A stretch of 64,000 bases of DNA from an uncultured Chloroflexia bacterium (lineage in GTDB: Bacteria > Chloroflexota > Chloroflexia > QHBQ01 > JADMIH01): positions 864,001 through 928,000 of the forward strand of contig CAWCNY010000002.1 of NCBI GenBank assembly GCA_963797095.1, written 5' to 3'. Numbering within the stretch: position 1 is the stretch's first letter; each line of letters opens with the position of its first letter. A program made the position numbers and the translations under genes. The notes beneath the pieces were generated by a model. It ran no database searches and was not told where the DNA came from. It saw only the letters and a program-made list of their open reading frames with translations. This document shows, piece after piece, positions 17,198 to 27,672 of the stretch.

Positions 17198-20056
17198 ATG
17201 GGAAAAACCACACTACATAAGTTGTTCGAGTTGGGGCAAAGCCCCTGGCTTGATAACATCACGCGCGGGATGATCAAGTCAGGGGCTTTGCAGGAGTTTA
17301 TCAACAAAGGAATCGTAGGGGTGACGGCCAACCCCACGATTTTCGAGAAAGCTCTGGCAGGCTCAAGCGACTACGATATGGCCATAAGCGACCTGTTTCG
17401 CCAGAACAAATCGGCCCGCGACATCTATCATTCCCTTCTGATAGGGGATGTGAGCGCCGCCGCCAACCTCTTCCGGCCTGTATATGACAGGACCAACGGC
17501 CTGGACGGCTTCATCTCCATCGAGGTGGACCCCGATATCGCCGCCGACACCGCGACCACCATCAAACAGGCACTTGAGTTCTTTGCGACGGTCAACCGTC
17601 CCAATATCTTCGTGAAGGTGCCCGCCACACCTGAAGGGTTGCCGGCTATCGAGGAACTGCTCTACCAGGGCGTGAATATCAATATCACTCTCATCTTCTC
17701 GGTCGAAGTGCACAAGCAGGTGATGGAGGCCTATCTGAGCGCGCTTGAGCGCCGGGTTGAGGAGGGCAAGCCTGTGGACAAGATCGCGTCGGTCGCTTCG
17801 TTCTTCGTGAGCCGCGTCGATACGAAAGTCGACAAAATGCTTCAGATCCTCCTCGACAATGAGAGCGACCCCTCCTGGCGGCAGACCATCTCCTCACTGA
17901 TGGGCACCGCAGCCGTCAACAACAGCAAGATGGCGTACCAGGAGTTCCTCAAGATGTTTGGGACCGAGCGGTTCGAGCGCCTGAAAGATCACGGCGCGCG
18001 CGTGCAGCGTCCTCTCTGGGCGTCCACATCCACCAAGAACCCGGCATACAACGATGTGATGTATGTGGAGGATTTGATCGGCCCGGACACGGTCAACACT
18101 ATGCCCGACCAGACCATCGCCTCCTTTCTGGATCACGGCAAGGTCGAGCGCACGATCGATCGCGACCTCGACAAGGCCCGCGAGCAGCTTGAGCAGCTTG
18201 AGCGCCTGGGCATTTCGATGAAGCGAGTGACCGACGAATTGACCGTTGAGGGCGTGGAGTCGTTCAGCAAGAGCTTTGATACCCTGGAAGCGGGGATCGA
18301 GAGCAAACGCGAGCAATTGATGTCCGGTGCTGCCGCTGGAGGTCAGTCCAGCCTGGGGGGGCTTGAGCCGCAGGTCCGCGAGGGCCTGCGGCGCGCCCAA
18401 ACTGAGAACTTGACGACCCGTATCTGGGAGCATGATGCCTCGCTCTGGAAACAGGACGAGGCATCATGGAAGATAATCAGCAACCGCCTCGGCTGGCTCA
18501 GAGTGATCTCTATAATGCAGGCTAATGCCCGCGAAGTGAAGGCATTTGCCCAAGAGGTACACGATGCGGGTTTCACCTCGGTGGTGTTGCTCGGCATGGG
18601 CGGTTCGTCTCTCGCGCCTGAGGTGATCAATCGGGTGTTCGGCCCTGAAGAAGGCTGGCCCCGCTTCTTCATGCTCGATTCTACCAACCCAGGCACCATA
18701 GAGGCTATCGAGAGACGGATCGACCCAGCCAAAACGCTCTTTCTCGTTTCGACCAAGTCGGGCGGCACGATAGAGACGCTCAGCTTCTATCACTACTTCC
18801 GCGAGAAGGTCGAATCCACGAAGGGCGCGCGTGCCGGGGAGAACTTCGTCGCCATTACCGACCCCGGCACCTCTCTTGAGAAGCTGGCGAAGGACGCCGG
18901 GTTCCGCCGTACCTTCCTCAACATGCCCGACATCGGCGGGCGTTACTCCGCGCTTTCCTATTTCGGCATTGTGCCCGCCGCGTTGATGGGACACGATATA
19001 GAAGCTATCTTGGCCTCGGCTTCTGTCATGGCTGAAAGCTGCGCCGAACCTACGCCGGGCGACAACTGCGGCGTATGGCTTGGCGTGGTCATGGGTGTGG
19101 CCTGTCAGGTTGGGCGTGACAAGCTCACTATCTTCACATCGCCCGACCTGGACAGCTATGGATTATGGGCCGAGCAGTTGATCGCTGAAAGTACAGGCAA
19201 AGAGGGTCGCGGCCTGGTGCCTGTGGCCGGTGAGCCTGTTGGTAGGCCATCGGCCTACGGGCGTGACCGTCTCTTTGTCTACCTGGCGCTGGATGGGGTG
19301 GTCGATGTGCACCAGGAGCACGACATACACAAATTGGAGGCGGCGGGCCACCCGGTGGTACAACTCTTGATGGCAAGCAAAGGCGACCTGGGAGCTGAGT
19401 TCTTCAGGTGGCAGCTTGCGACGGCGGTGGCCGGTCATTTCATCGGGATCGACCCGTTTGACGAGCCGAACGTGCAGGAGAGCAAGGACAATACAGGGAA
19501 CCTCCTCGCAACTTATGAGAAAGAAGGCAAATTGCCCCAGGTATGGCCTCTGGTGTCCGATGGTATTTCGCTCTACGGTGATGGCGAGGCCCTGGCGCGT
19601 GCCGGGTCTGAGGGCACGCTGGAGAGCGCGCTTCACGCCTTTTTCAGCACCGTCAGGGCAGGCGATTATGTGTCGATCCTGGCGTATATGCCCACCACGG
19701 GCGAGCATGAAGAGTTGTTCCAGGATACGCGTGTGAGCATTCGAGATACGTTGCGAGTAGCTACCACCTTCGGTTACGGCCCGCGTTATCTTCACTCTAC
19801 AGGCCAGTTGCATAAGGGTGGGCCAAACAAAGGTGCATACATCCAGGTGACATGCGAGCCGCGCCGCGACCTTCCCATTCCAGGCCGGCCTTTCTCGTTC
19901 GGCACGCTCATCAAGGCCCAGGCGATGGGCGACTTCCAATCTTTGGAGAAGCATGGGCGGCGCGCCATCCGCCTCCATATTACAGGCGATCACGGCGAGG
20001 GTGTAGAGCGCATAAGGGAGGCGATCAAGGACTCCCTGGCGGGTTTGGGAATATAA
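17198..20056 (+). CDS. bifunctional transaldolase / glucose-6-phosphate isomerase
   Basis: Tal motifs GVTANPTIF, KVPAT, SVASFFVSR; Pgi motifs GMGGSSL, TKSGGT, IGGRYS, QLIAESTGK, LHSTGQLHKGG. Confidence 0.93.
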   Translation: MGKTTLHKLFELGQSPWLDNITRGMIKSGALQEFINKGIVGVTANPTIFEKALAGSSDYDMAISDLFRQNKSARDIYHSLLIGDVSAAANLFRPVYDRTNGLDGFISIEVDPDIAADTATTIKQALEFFATVNRPNIFVKVPATPEGLPAIEELLYQGVNINITLIFSVEVHKQVMEAYLSALERRVEEGKPVDKIASVASFFVSRVDTKVDKMLQILLDNESDPSWRQTISSLMGTAAVNNSKMAYQEFLKMFGTERFERLKDHGARVQRPLWASTSTKNPAYNDVMYVEDLIGPDTVNTMPDQTIASFLDHGKVERTIDRDLDKAREQLEQLERLGISMKRVTDELTVEGVESFSKSFDTLEAGIESKREQLMSGAAAGGQSSLGGLEPQVREGLRRAQTENLTTRIWEHDASLWKQDEASWKIISNRLGWLRVISIMQANAREVKAFAQEVHDAGFTSVVLLGMGGSSLAPEVINRVFGPEEGWPRFFMLDSTNPGTIEAIERRIDPAKTLFLVSTKSGGTIETLSFYHYFREKVESTKGARAGENFVAITDPGTSLEKLAKDAGFRRTFLNMPDIGGRYSALSYFGIVPAALMGHDIEAILASASVMAESCAEPTPGDNCGVWLGVVMGVACQVGRDKLTIFTSPDLDSYGLWAEQLIAESTGKEGRGLVPVAGEPVGRPSAYGRDRLFVYLALDGVVDVHQEHDIHKLEAAGHPVVQLLMASKGDLGAEFFRWQLATAVAGHFIGIDPFDEPNVQESKDNTGNLLATYEKEGKLPQVWPLVSDGISLYGDGEALARAGSEGTLESALHAFFSTVRAGDYVSILAYMPTTGEHEELFQDTRVSIRDTLRVATTFGYGPRYLHSTGQLHKGGPNKGAYIQVTCEPRRDLPIPGRPFSFGTLIKAQAMGDFQSLEKHGRRAIRLHITGDHGEGVERIREAIKDSLAGLGI

Positions 20057-20069
20057 AGCAAGGATACTC

Positions 20070-20617
20070 ATGAGTTCTGTAGCCCATCGATTACTCACAG
20101 CCGAAGATTTCCGGCATCTATCCGGAAGCGAGCATAAAGAGCTTATACGCGGGGAGGTGGTTGAAACTGTGCCCCCAGGCAAAGATCATGGCACGATTGC
20201 TCTTGCCATAGGCACTTTGCTACGCCTATGGGCCAGGCAGGGCGTAGGTGGCAAGGTAGGTGTCGAATCAGGCTTTATCCTGGCTCGCGATCCCGATACT
20301 GTGCGTGGGCCGGATGTATACTATGGAAGCCCCAGCCGAGTGACTTCAGATAGTAAAACCAATGCCTTCTGGACTATTGCGCCCGATCTGGCCGTCGAGG
20401 TTGTCTCCCCAGCGAGACAGCAGATGAGATTCGGGAGGAAGTGCGTGACCTCCCGACAGCAGGAACACCTCTCGTGTGGGTAGTTTATCTTCGCACTCAC
20501 GAAGTTGTAGCTCATACTTCGGATTGCCTGGCGAGAACCTACGGTCAGGAGGACCTCCTTGAATTGGCCGATCTGTTGCCAGGGTCTTCATGTAAGGTGG
20601 CTGAATTGTTCGAATAA
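20070..20617 (+). pseudogene. Uma2 family endonuclease, frameshifted
   Basis: ELIRGEV, PDTVRGPDV, APDLAVEVVSP; one base is missing at TCCCCA (~20406-20411) and the continuation SETADEIRE..VWVV..LLPG..VAELFE* lies in another frame, ending at 20617. Confidence 0.8.
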
Positions 20618-20670
20618 TTTATATCGCCCCGCGGTCAAAACCGCGAAAAATCTTCTTGAGGAGCAAACAT

Positions 20671-21825
20671 ATGGAACTAGGTTTTATTGGACTGGGCAAA
20701 ATGGGTGCGAACATGGTGCACCGCCTCCTTCTTGGCGGCCATCGCGTGGTAGCTTACAATCGCTCGCCCGACAAGACCAGGGAAGCCGCCGAACTGGGGG
20801 CTGTGGCGACCTTTTCGGTTGAAGAGCTGATAGACAACCTGCAAGAGACGCCCAAGGCAGTGTGGATCATGGTTCCTGCGGGTGACGCCACCACCCAGCA
20901 GATACAGCACCTCATCCCACTGATGAAGGCAGGCGATATCATCATTGACGGCGGCAACTCCAACTTTCGCGATTCTATAGCGCGCTCCAAGATGCTTGCC
21001 GAGCACGACATGCACTTTGTAGATGTGGGCACCTCAGGCGGCATCTGGGGATTGAAAATCGGCTACTGCATGATGATCGGAGGCGAGCGCGCTATCTTCG
21101 AGCACCTGCGCCCCCTATTCTCGACCCTCGCTCCCAACGAAGACGGTTACGACTATTTCGGCATGCACGGCGCAGGCCATTTCACCAAGATGGTGCACAA
21201 CGGCATCGAGTACGGCATGATGCAGGCCTACGGCGAGGGCTTCGAGATCATCAAAAACAGCGATTATAATGTGGACCTTGCCCGCCTGTCGCGTATATGG
21301 AACAACGGTAGCGTGATCCGTTCGTGGCTCCTTGAGCTGGCCGAGCGCGCCTTCGAGCAGGAAGGAAACGATCTCGCAGAGATCAGGGGCTATGTCGAGG
21401 ACTCAGGCGAGGGTCGCTGGACTGTCCTCGAAGCGATCAACCAGTCTGTGCCAGCCCCCGTGATCACTCTCTCCCTGATGGCGCGCTTTATCTCGCGCCA
21501 GGAGGAGTCGTTCAGCGCTCAGGTGGCCGCCGCTCTCCGCAATCAGTTCGGCGGGCACGCTGTACGTATAGCCGAAGCCATCGAGTTGCAGGTGGCAGCC
21601 GAGGCGATGAAATCAATCGCCCCATCTACACCGGGCGTTTCTGCTTCAACCGGCGATTCCTCGCGTGAAGAGGCTGGCGAGGCCGTGATGCAGAAGACTC
21701 AGGCAGCCGAAGATGCCGCCGAGAAAATGCCTGATGCCGGCAAGGTTGTGGAGGCTCTTCAGGGCACGGCGCAAGATATCTACCGGAGCAACACAGAGAA
21801 GGGGACGAACCCCTCCGATAAATAG
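20671..21825 (+). CDS. gnd: decarboxylating 6-phosphogluconate dehydrogenase (short type) with C-terminal extension
   Basis: IGLGKMG, IDGGNS, GTSGG, KMVHNGIEYG, DSGEGRWT, LRNQFGGH. Confidence 0.93.
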   Translation: MELGFIGLGKMGANMVHRLLLGGHRVVAYNRSPDKTREAAELGAVATFSVEELIDNLQETPKAVWIMVPAGDATTQQIQHLIPLMKAGDIIIDGGNSNFRDSIARSKMLAEHDMHFVDVGTSGGIWGLKIGYCMMIGGERAIFEHLRPLFSTLAPNEDGYDYFGMHGAGHFTKMVHNGIEYGMMQAYGEGFEIIKNSDYNVDLARLSRIWNNGSVIRSWLLELAERAFEQEGNDLAEIRGYVEDSGEGRWTVLEAINQSVPAPVITLSLMARFISRQEESFSAQVAAALRNQFGGHAVRIAEAIELQVAAEAMKSIAPSTPGVSASTGDSSREEAGEAVMQKTQAAEDAAEKMPDAGKVVEALQGTAQDIYRSNTEKGTNPSDK

Positions 21826-21872
21826 CGGGCAAGCCTCATCTCCCTTAATCATCTTCAGTGTAAGGAACTAAG

Positions 21873-22400
21873 ATGTCGCATACTATCGAGACTTTCAGGT
21901 CGATGCTGGCGCCGTTGCCCGCATACTGGATCTTTCTCGCCGAAAGTGTGCCTGATGATCTCATCCGGCGCCCTGCTGCCGAGGGCGAGTGGTCGGCCTT
22001 ACAATGCCTCAGCCACCTGCTCGATACCGAACGGATGGTGTTCCCGGCACGTGTGCGTGTCTTCCTCTCCGGAGGCGACTCTTTTGCTGCTTTCGATCCG
22101 GACGAGGAAGGCACGGATTACTCGCAAATGTCAGCCCCACAGGTAGCGCAGGAGTTCGCACGCTACAGGCGCGAGAACCTGCAACTCCTTGGGCAGGTAC
22201 AACCCCAGCACCTGTTGCAGGAAGCCCGCCACTCCGAACTGGGTATGGTCACTCTTGAAGAAATGCTCAATGAGTGGGTCGCACACGACCTCAACCACAC
22301 CGTCCAGGCCGAGCGCGCCCTGATGCAAGCCTTCATTCCAGGCTCAGGCCCCTGGAGGCACTATTTTAGGGATCATGATATAGAGATGGACGATAGGTGA
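21873..22400 (+). CDS. DinB family protein
   Basis: GEWSALQCLSHL and WVAHDLNH metal-binding His motifs. Confidence 0.8.
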   Translation: MSHTIETFRSMLAPLPAYWIFLAESVPDDLIRRPAAEGEWSALQCLSHLLDTERMVFPARVRVFLSGGDSFAAFDPDEEGTDYSQMSAPQVAQEFARYRRENLQLLGQVQPQHLLQEARHSELGMVTLEEMLNEWVAHDLNHTVQAERALMQAFIPGSGPWRHYFRDHDIEMDDR

Positions 22401-22512
22401 CGAGTGACGAGTGACGAGTGACGAGTGACGAGTGACCAGGAACAAGGAACAAGGAACTAGGAACTAGGAACTAGAGTCCAACTCCGACTACCAGGAACAA
22501 TCGTCCACTGTC
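22398..22512. repeat. composite heptamer array (TGACGAG)5 TGACCAG (GAACWAG)5 AGTCC..GACTACC
   Basis: Read directly; the first unit contains the DinB stop codon. Confidence 0.85.
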
Positions 22513-22530
22513 CAAAGTGAAGGAAATACC

Positions 22531-24150
22531 ATGGTATCGCTTCTAGCACCTCCTATAGTTGAGAACCCCCTGCGCGAGGGACTGCGCATGCGGCGCACCC
22601 CCAACCCCTGCATCTTTGTGCTGTTCGGCATCACCGGCGACCTAGCACATCGCAAGCTCCTTCCCGCCCTCTATAACCTGTCGGTGGAGCGGAGGCTGCC
22701 GCCCAACTTCACCATCGTGGGCTTCGCGCGCCGCGCGTATACCGACGAAGAGATACGCAAAGAACTGAAGGCTTCGGTCCAGAAGTATGCGCGCAATAAG
22801 CCTTCCGAGCGCCCGGGAGTGTGGAACTCGTTCGCAGAAGGCATATTCTATGTTCAATCGAACTTCGATGACCTGGAGGGCTACAAGAAGCTTGAGCGTC
22901 GCCTCTCAGAGATCGACAAACAGCGCGGCACGCTTGGCAACCGCCTCTACTACCTTTCCACGCCGCCCGACTTCTATCCCACAATCGTGCAGCAATTGGG
23001 GGCGGCGGGCCTTTCCAACACTCGCCCGGTCTCCATTGCCGATGGCACAAGCAACGGTGCGGGCGGCCTCTTTATGCCCCTGGAGACCGAGGGATCCTGG
23101 CGGCGCATCGTGGTAGAAAAGCCTTTCGGCCACGACCTGCCAAGCGCCCACCAGCTAAATCGCCAGATCAGCGAGGTCTTCCACGAGGAGCAAATCTACC
23201 GTATCGACCACTACCTGGGCAAAGAGACGGTTCAGAATATCCTGGTGTTCCGCTTCGCCAACGGCATCTGGGAGCCTATCTGGAGCCGGCGCTATATAGA
23301 CAGCGTGCAAATAACAGTGGCCGAGAACCTGGGCGTTGAGGATCGAGCCTCCTACTATGAGACCGCGGGCGCTCTGCGCGATATGCTTCAGAACCACATG
23401 ATGCAGTTGCTAACCCTGGTCGCGATGGAGCCTCCAGCTTCGTTCGATGCCCAGTCGGTGCGCGACGAAAAAGCCAAAGTATTGCGGTCTATCAAGCCAT
23501 TCACCCCCGCAGAAGTAGCTCATAATACGGTGCGCGGGCAGTATGGGCCGGGGTCGATCTTCGGCAAGCCTGTGCCCGGCTACCGCCAGGAGGCCAACAT
23601 CCCGCCCGATTCGGACACCGAAACTTTCGTGGCTGCGCGCTTCTTCGTAGATAATTGGCGTTGGTCGGGCGTGCCGTTCTATCTGCGCCACGGTAAGCGC
23701 CTGCCCAAGCGTGCCACCGAGATCGCGATCCAGTTCAGGCCCGCGCCCCTTGCCCTCTTCCAGCACACCGCCGCCGACGAGTTGCAGCCGAACGTGCTTG
23801 TGCTCCATATCCAGCCGGACGAAGGCATCTCGATCAAGTTCGAGTCGAAGCTGCCAGGCCAGGATATCCGCCTGCGTTCCGTTGATATGAACTTCAATTA
23901 TGGTACCTCATTCGGTATAGAAACACCCGACGCGTATGAACGGCTATTATGGGATGCGATGATCGGCGACTCGACGCTCTTTACCAGGCGCGACGAGGTC
24001 GAACTGATGTGGACGCTTGCCACCTCTATCCTCGAAGGATGGAAGCGCATCCCACCGCCCACTTTCCCCAACTATAGAGCGGGCAGTTGGGGCCCAAGCG
24101 TAGCCGATGATCTGATAGCCCGCGATGGAAGGCAGTGGAGGCGTGTGTAA
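22531..24150 (+). CDS. zwf: glucose-6-phosphate dehydrogenase
   Basis: FGITGDLA, EKPFG, RIDHYLGKE, NWRWSGVPFYLR. Confidence 0.97.
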   Translation: MVSLLAPPIVENPLREGLRMRRTPNPCIFVLFGITGDLAHRKLLPALYNLSVERRLPPNFTIVGFARRAYTDEEIRKELKASVQKYARNKPSERPGVWNSFAEGIFYVQSNFDDLEGYKKLERRLSEIDKQRGTLGNRLYYLSTPPDFYPTIVQQLGAAGLSNTRPVSIADGTSNGAGGLFMPLETEGSWRRIVVEKPFGHDLPSAHQLNRQISEVFHEEQIYRIDHYLGKETVQNILVFRFANGIWEPIWSRRYIDSVQITVAENLGVEDRASYYETAGALRDMLQNHMMQLLTLVAMEPPASFDAQSVRDEKAKVLRSIKPFTPAEVAHNTVRGQYGPGSIFGKPVPGYRQEANIPPDSDTETFVAARFFVDNWRWSGVPFYLRHGKRLPKRATEIAIQFRPAPLALFQHTAADELQPNVLVLHIQPDEGISIKFESKLPGQDIRLRSVDMNFNYGTSFGIETPDAYERLLWDAMIGDSTLFTRRDEVELMWTLATSILEGWKRIPPPTFPNYRAGSWGPSVADDLIARDGRQWRRV

Positions 24151-25553
24151 TGTCTGACTCTAAAGCAACCCACGTTGCCGAACCCAAAGAGCCTGCCGAT
24201 GCAGACCAGGTAATAGATAAAGACCCAATTACCTTCGAGGAAAGCTCCTCAACAATAGATTCGGGCGCGCCGATCCCCGTGGCGGTTGAGTACGTTGATT
24301 CTCAACTAACCGAGTTGTGGCGCGATGTGGCCGAGGCAGCGCAAGCTAAGGGCGGCACACAGGCCGTGACTACCGCGCAAGTGCTCAACCTTGCCATACG
24401 TGCCAACTCCTATAAATCCGCTAACCAGTACGTTGACGCCGTCGAGCAGATCACAGGCCGCCACCCTTGCCGCGTGATCGCTGTGACCACCGACCCCGAC
24501 GAGCCCGATTTGCCGGTGCAGGCTTGGGTTTCTATCCACTGCCAGTTGCCCCCCACCGGTGGGCGGCAGGTCTGTTCTGAACAGGTGACGGTGGCCGCCG
24601 GTGGCGACTCGACGCGCCGCTTGCCCGCCGCCGTTATACCGCTCCTCCTGCCCGACCTGCCCGTCTTCCTCTGGTGGCCCGAAGGCGACCCGTTTGACGA
24701 CTATATCTTCCGCAACCTGGCCGACTCGACCACACGCCTCATTATCGATACATCCGCGTTCGAGAACCCGGAGGGTGCCCTCGCCAAGCTGGCGTCGCAA
24801 GGCAGAAGCCAGTGGCCCAAGATCGCAGTCAGCGATATGAACTGGGGCCGTCTCACTCCCTGGCGTGAGATGGTGGCTTCTTTCTTCGACCCGCCTGCTA
24901 TTCGTCCCTACCTCGACCACATCTCTCATGTGAGGATCGAGTATGCTCAGCCTATTGACCGGCACTCCCATGTGAATCGCTCCCAGGCGCTCATGATGGC
25001 TGGATGGCTTGCGAGCAGGCTCGATTGGGAGTCGATGGAGAATGCCTATAAGCTGAGCCATAGCGAGATCAGCCATATACCAAAGGCTGCTCTTACCCTG
25101 AAGGCCGGGAAGCGCACGGTCACCATGGATCTGCATGCCGTGGACTGGAAAGGCACCTGCCCAGGCGAACTTTTCTCCATCACCCTTGAGATCGCGGGTG
25201 ATCACCCCGGCGATCCACCTGCTGCCACCTTCACGCTGAAACTGAGCGACCAGCAGGAGTCGTGCGCCGTATCCACTGTCGAGCTACCCGATTCCGAACC
25301 CACCAGCCGCATCATTCAGCTGAGGCCCCTCGAAGTGACCGACCTGCTGGATGATGAACTGGAGATTTACAGCCGCGATACAGTCTACGAAGAGAGCCTG
25401 GCGATGGTAGGAGCGTTCATCAGGGGCACTCGCCATTCCACCAGGTCAACGGTGATGAGCCACAAAGTGCCGAGCGGCGAACCGATCAGCGCCGCCCAGG
25501 CTCAACAGCAGCGCGGCTCGCGACCTCAGAGGCCCCATCGTCCCGGTGGATGA
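24150..25553 (+). CDS. opcA: OpcA G6PDH assembly/effector protein
   Basis: HPCRVI, VCSEQV, LLLPDLPVFLWW, DMNWGRLTPWR motifs; start overlaps zwf stop (TAATG). Confidence 0.88.
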   Translation: MSDSKATHVAEPKEPADADQVIDKDPITFEESSSTIDSGAPIPVAVEYVDSQLTELWRDVAEAAQAKGGTQAVTTAQVLNLAIRANSYKSANQYVDAVEQITGRHPCRVIAVTTDPDEPDLPVQAWVSIHCQLPPTGGRQVCSEQVTVAAGGDSTRRLPAAVIPLLLPDLPVFLWWPEGDPFDDYIFRNLADSTTRLIIDTSAFENPEGALAKLASQGRSQWPKIAVSDMNWGRLTPWREMVASFFDPPAIRPYLDHISHVRIEYAQPIDRHSHVNRSQALMMAGWLASRLDWESMENAYKLSHSEISHIPKAALTLKAGKRTVTMDLHAVDWKGTCPGELFSITLEIAGDHPGDPPAATFTLKLSDQQESCAVSTVELPDSEPTSRIIQLRPLEVTDLLDDELEIYSRDTVYEESLAMVGAFIRGTRHSTRSTVMSHKVPSGEPISAAQAQQQRGSRPQRPHRPGG

Positions 25554-25623
25554 ACGGGCAATTCAAAATGTTGGACGCAAAACTTACCGCGTAAGGCGAA
25601 ATCTTGCGGCATACCTCCAGATT

Positions 25624-26094
25624 ATGATAGAAGATACCCGTCCTATGTTGGAAAAAACCGCCACGCGCTCGATCCTCATAAATGCGCCCGCGTCTCAGGT
25701 GTGGGCGGTGCTTACAGACCTGGATCTGGTCAAGCAGTGGCACTCCCCCGAAGGTACAGCGTACATAAACACCACCTGGGAGGTGGGCAGTCCGATCCTA
25801 TTTGAAGGGATGTGGCACAAGATCAGGCTTCGAGACAAAGGGACGGTCTTGCAGTTCCAGCCGGAAAAGACGCTTCAATACAGCTATTACAGCAAACTAT
25901 CCCGGCTGCCTGATGCTCCCGAAAGCTACTCCGTAACCGAGCTTGAGTTGACCCCACAAGACAATGGCACGTTGCTAACGGTAACCCTGAGCCACTTCGC
26001 CCAGGAATCAGGCTACGGTCACGCCAGATTCTACTGGACTACGGCCTTGCACCGCATCAAACAACTGGTCGAGAATGGATCAACCGAAACCTAA
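25624..26094 (+). CDS. SRPBCC/AHSA1 domain protein
   Basis: SILINAPASQVWAVLTD, WEVGSPI, C-terminal helix; start may be 25645. Confidence 0.75.
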   Translation: MIEDTRPMLEKTATRSILINAPASQVWAVLTDLDLVKQWHSPEGTAYINTTWEVGSPILFEGMWHKIRLRDKGTVLQFQPEKTLQYSYYSKLSRLPDAPESYSVTELELTPQDNGTLLTVTLSHFAQESGYGHARFYWTTALHRIKQLVENGSTET

Positions 26095-26852
26095 TGCCAA
26101 CTACAACCGTCCAAATCATAGACTCCCCTGCTGACATAGCGCGTGCCGCAGCCGAGCGATTTGTGCTGCTCGCCAATTCTTCCACCGCCGGCGGCAACGA
26201 ATTCAGCGTGGCCCTTTCGGGTGGCTCCACTCCCAAATTGCTCTACGATCTCCTTACCTCCACCGAGTTCCGCGACGATGTACCCTGGCAACACCTGCGC
26301 TTCTTCTTCGGCGACGAACGTTGGGTGCCTCACACCGACCCCCAGAGCAACTTCAAGCTCGCAAACGACTATCTCTTTAAGCCCCTCAACATCTCGCACA
26401 CAAACGTATACCCGGTGCCAACCAGTGGCGACCCCGACAGTGCAGCCTCTCATTACGAGACTACCCTCCGCTCGGCCTTAGACCTCAACAAAGGCGAAGT
26501 GCCGCGCTTCGACCTGATATTCCTCGGCATGGGCGATGAGGGGCACACCGCCTCTCTTTTCCCTCACACCAACGTGCTCCATGAGAACGATAGGCTGGTG
26601 TCTGCCACCTTCGTGCCCAAACTGGATGCAAACCGGATCACTCTCACCCCTCTTACCCTCAATGCAGCCCACCAGACTATCCTCATGGTAGGCGGCGCGG
26701 GTAAAGCCGAAGCTCTCCACCAGGTGTTAGAGGGCGAGTACAACCCCGATGAATACCCAGCCCAACTCCTGCGGAACTCGCTGGGGCAGGTGACCTGGCT
26801 GGTAGACAAAGCCGCCGCTTCCTCATTAGAAGGCGACTACCCGGGAGTATAA
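26094..26852 (+). CDS. pgl: 6-phosphogluconolactonase
   Basis: ALSGGSTP, GDERWVP, LGMGDEGHTASLFP. Confidence 0.95.
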   Translation: MPTTTVQIIDSPADIARAAAERFVLLANSSTAGGNEFSVALSGGSTPKLLYDLLTSTEFRDDVPWQHLRFFFGDERWVPHTDPQSNFKLANDYLFKPLNISHTNVYPVPTSGDPDSAASHYETTLRSALDLNKGEVPRFDLIFLGMGDEGHTASLFPHTNVLHENDRLVSATFVPKLDANRITLTPLTLNAAHQTILMVGGAGKAEALHQVLEGEYNPDEYPAQLLRNSLGQVTWLVDKAAASSLEGDYPGV

Positions 26853-27535
26853 TGCATTACACCACACGCCCAATACACATAGTTCCCTCCATTCTCTCCG
26901 CCGACTTTGCTCGCCTGGGCGACCAGGTGCGCGAGGCCGAGGCTGCCGGTGCCGGGCGCATCCAGGTGGACGTAATGGACGGCCACTTCGTGCCCAACAT
27001 CACCGTTGGCCCTCTCATCATCGAGGCGATCCGCCCACATTGCACTATCCCAATCGAAGCGCACCTGATGATCGAGCACCCTGAGCTATATATCCCACAG
27101 TTCGCGAAGGCCGGGGCCGATTACATTCTCGTTCACGTCGAAACCTCGCCCCACCTGCACCGCACCATCCAGCAGATACGCGACGAAGGCAAAGGCGCGG
27201 GCGTTGTTCTGAACCCGGCCACCCCCCTTGTTGCCCTCGAAGAAATCCTCATCTACGTCGATATGGTGCTTGTAATGACGGTCAACCCCGGCTTCGGCGG
27301 GCAGGAGTTCATCGAGTCGATGTTGCCCAAGATACGCCGCTTGCGCGCCATGCTCGACGAGCATAACCCCGATTGCGATATAGAGGTAGACGGGGGCATT
27401 CACGAAACCACCATCGCCGATGCCGTCCATGCTGGGGCCAATCTCCTTGTCGCAGGCTCCGCCGTCTACAGCGCCCTCGAAGGCGTGGCTGCCGCCATGT
27501 CTCGCTTGCGCGCGGCCATCGACCAACCTCTCTGA
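26852..27535 (+). CDS. rpe: ribulose-phosphate 3-epimerase
   Basis: PSILSADF, DVMDGHFVPN, MTVNPGFGGQ, EVDGG. Confidence 0.96.
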   Translation: MHYTTRPIHIVPSILSADFARLGDQVREAEAAGAGRIQVDVMDGHFVPNITVGPLIIEAIRPHCTIPIEAHLMIEHPELYIPQFAKAGADYILVHVETSPHLHRTIQQIRDEGKGAGVVLNPATPLVALEEILIYVDMVLVMTVNPGFGGQEFIESMLPKIRRLRAMLDEHNPDCDIEVDGGIHETTIADAVHAGANLLVAGSAVYSALEGVAAAMSRLRAAIDQPL

Positions 27536-27672
27536 GAACAGCACAGGTAGATGCAAAGCTGGCTCGAGGTCGCGAAGTCGATCTCCTATTATAATTGAAC
27601 ATTACCTTCGCGCTCCTCGTTCACCTTCGCATCTTCGTGCACAAATAACAACCTCCAGGAAGGATTCTTTAC

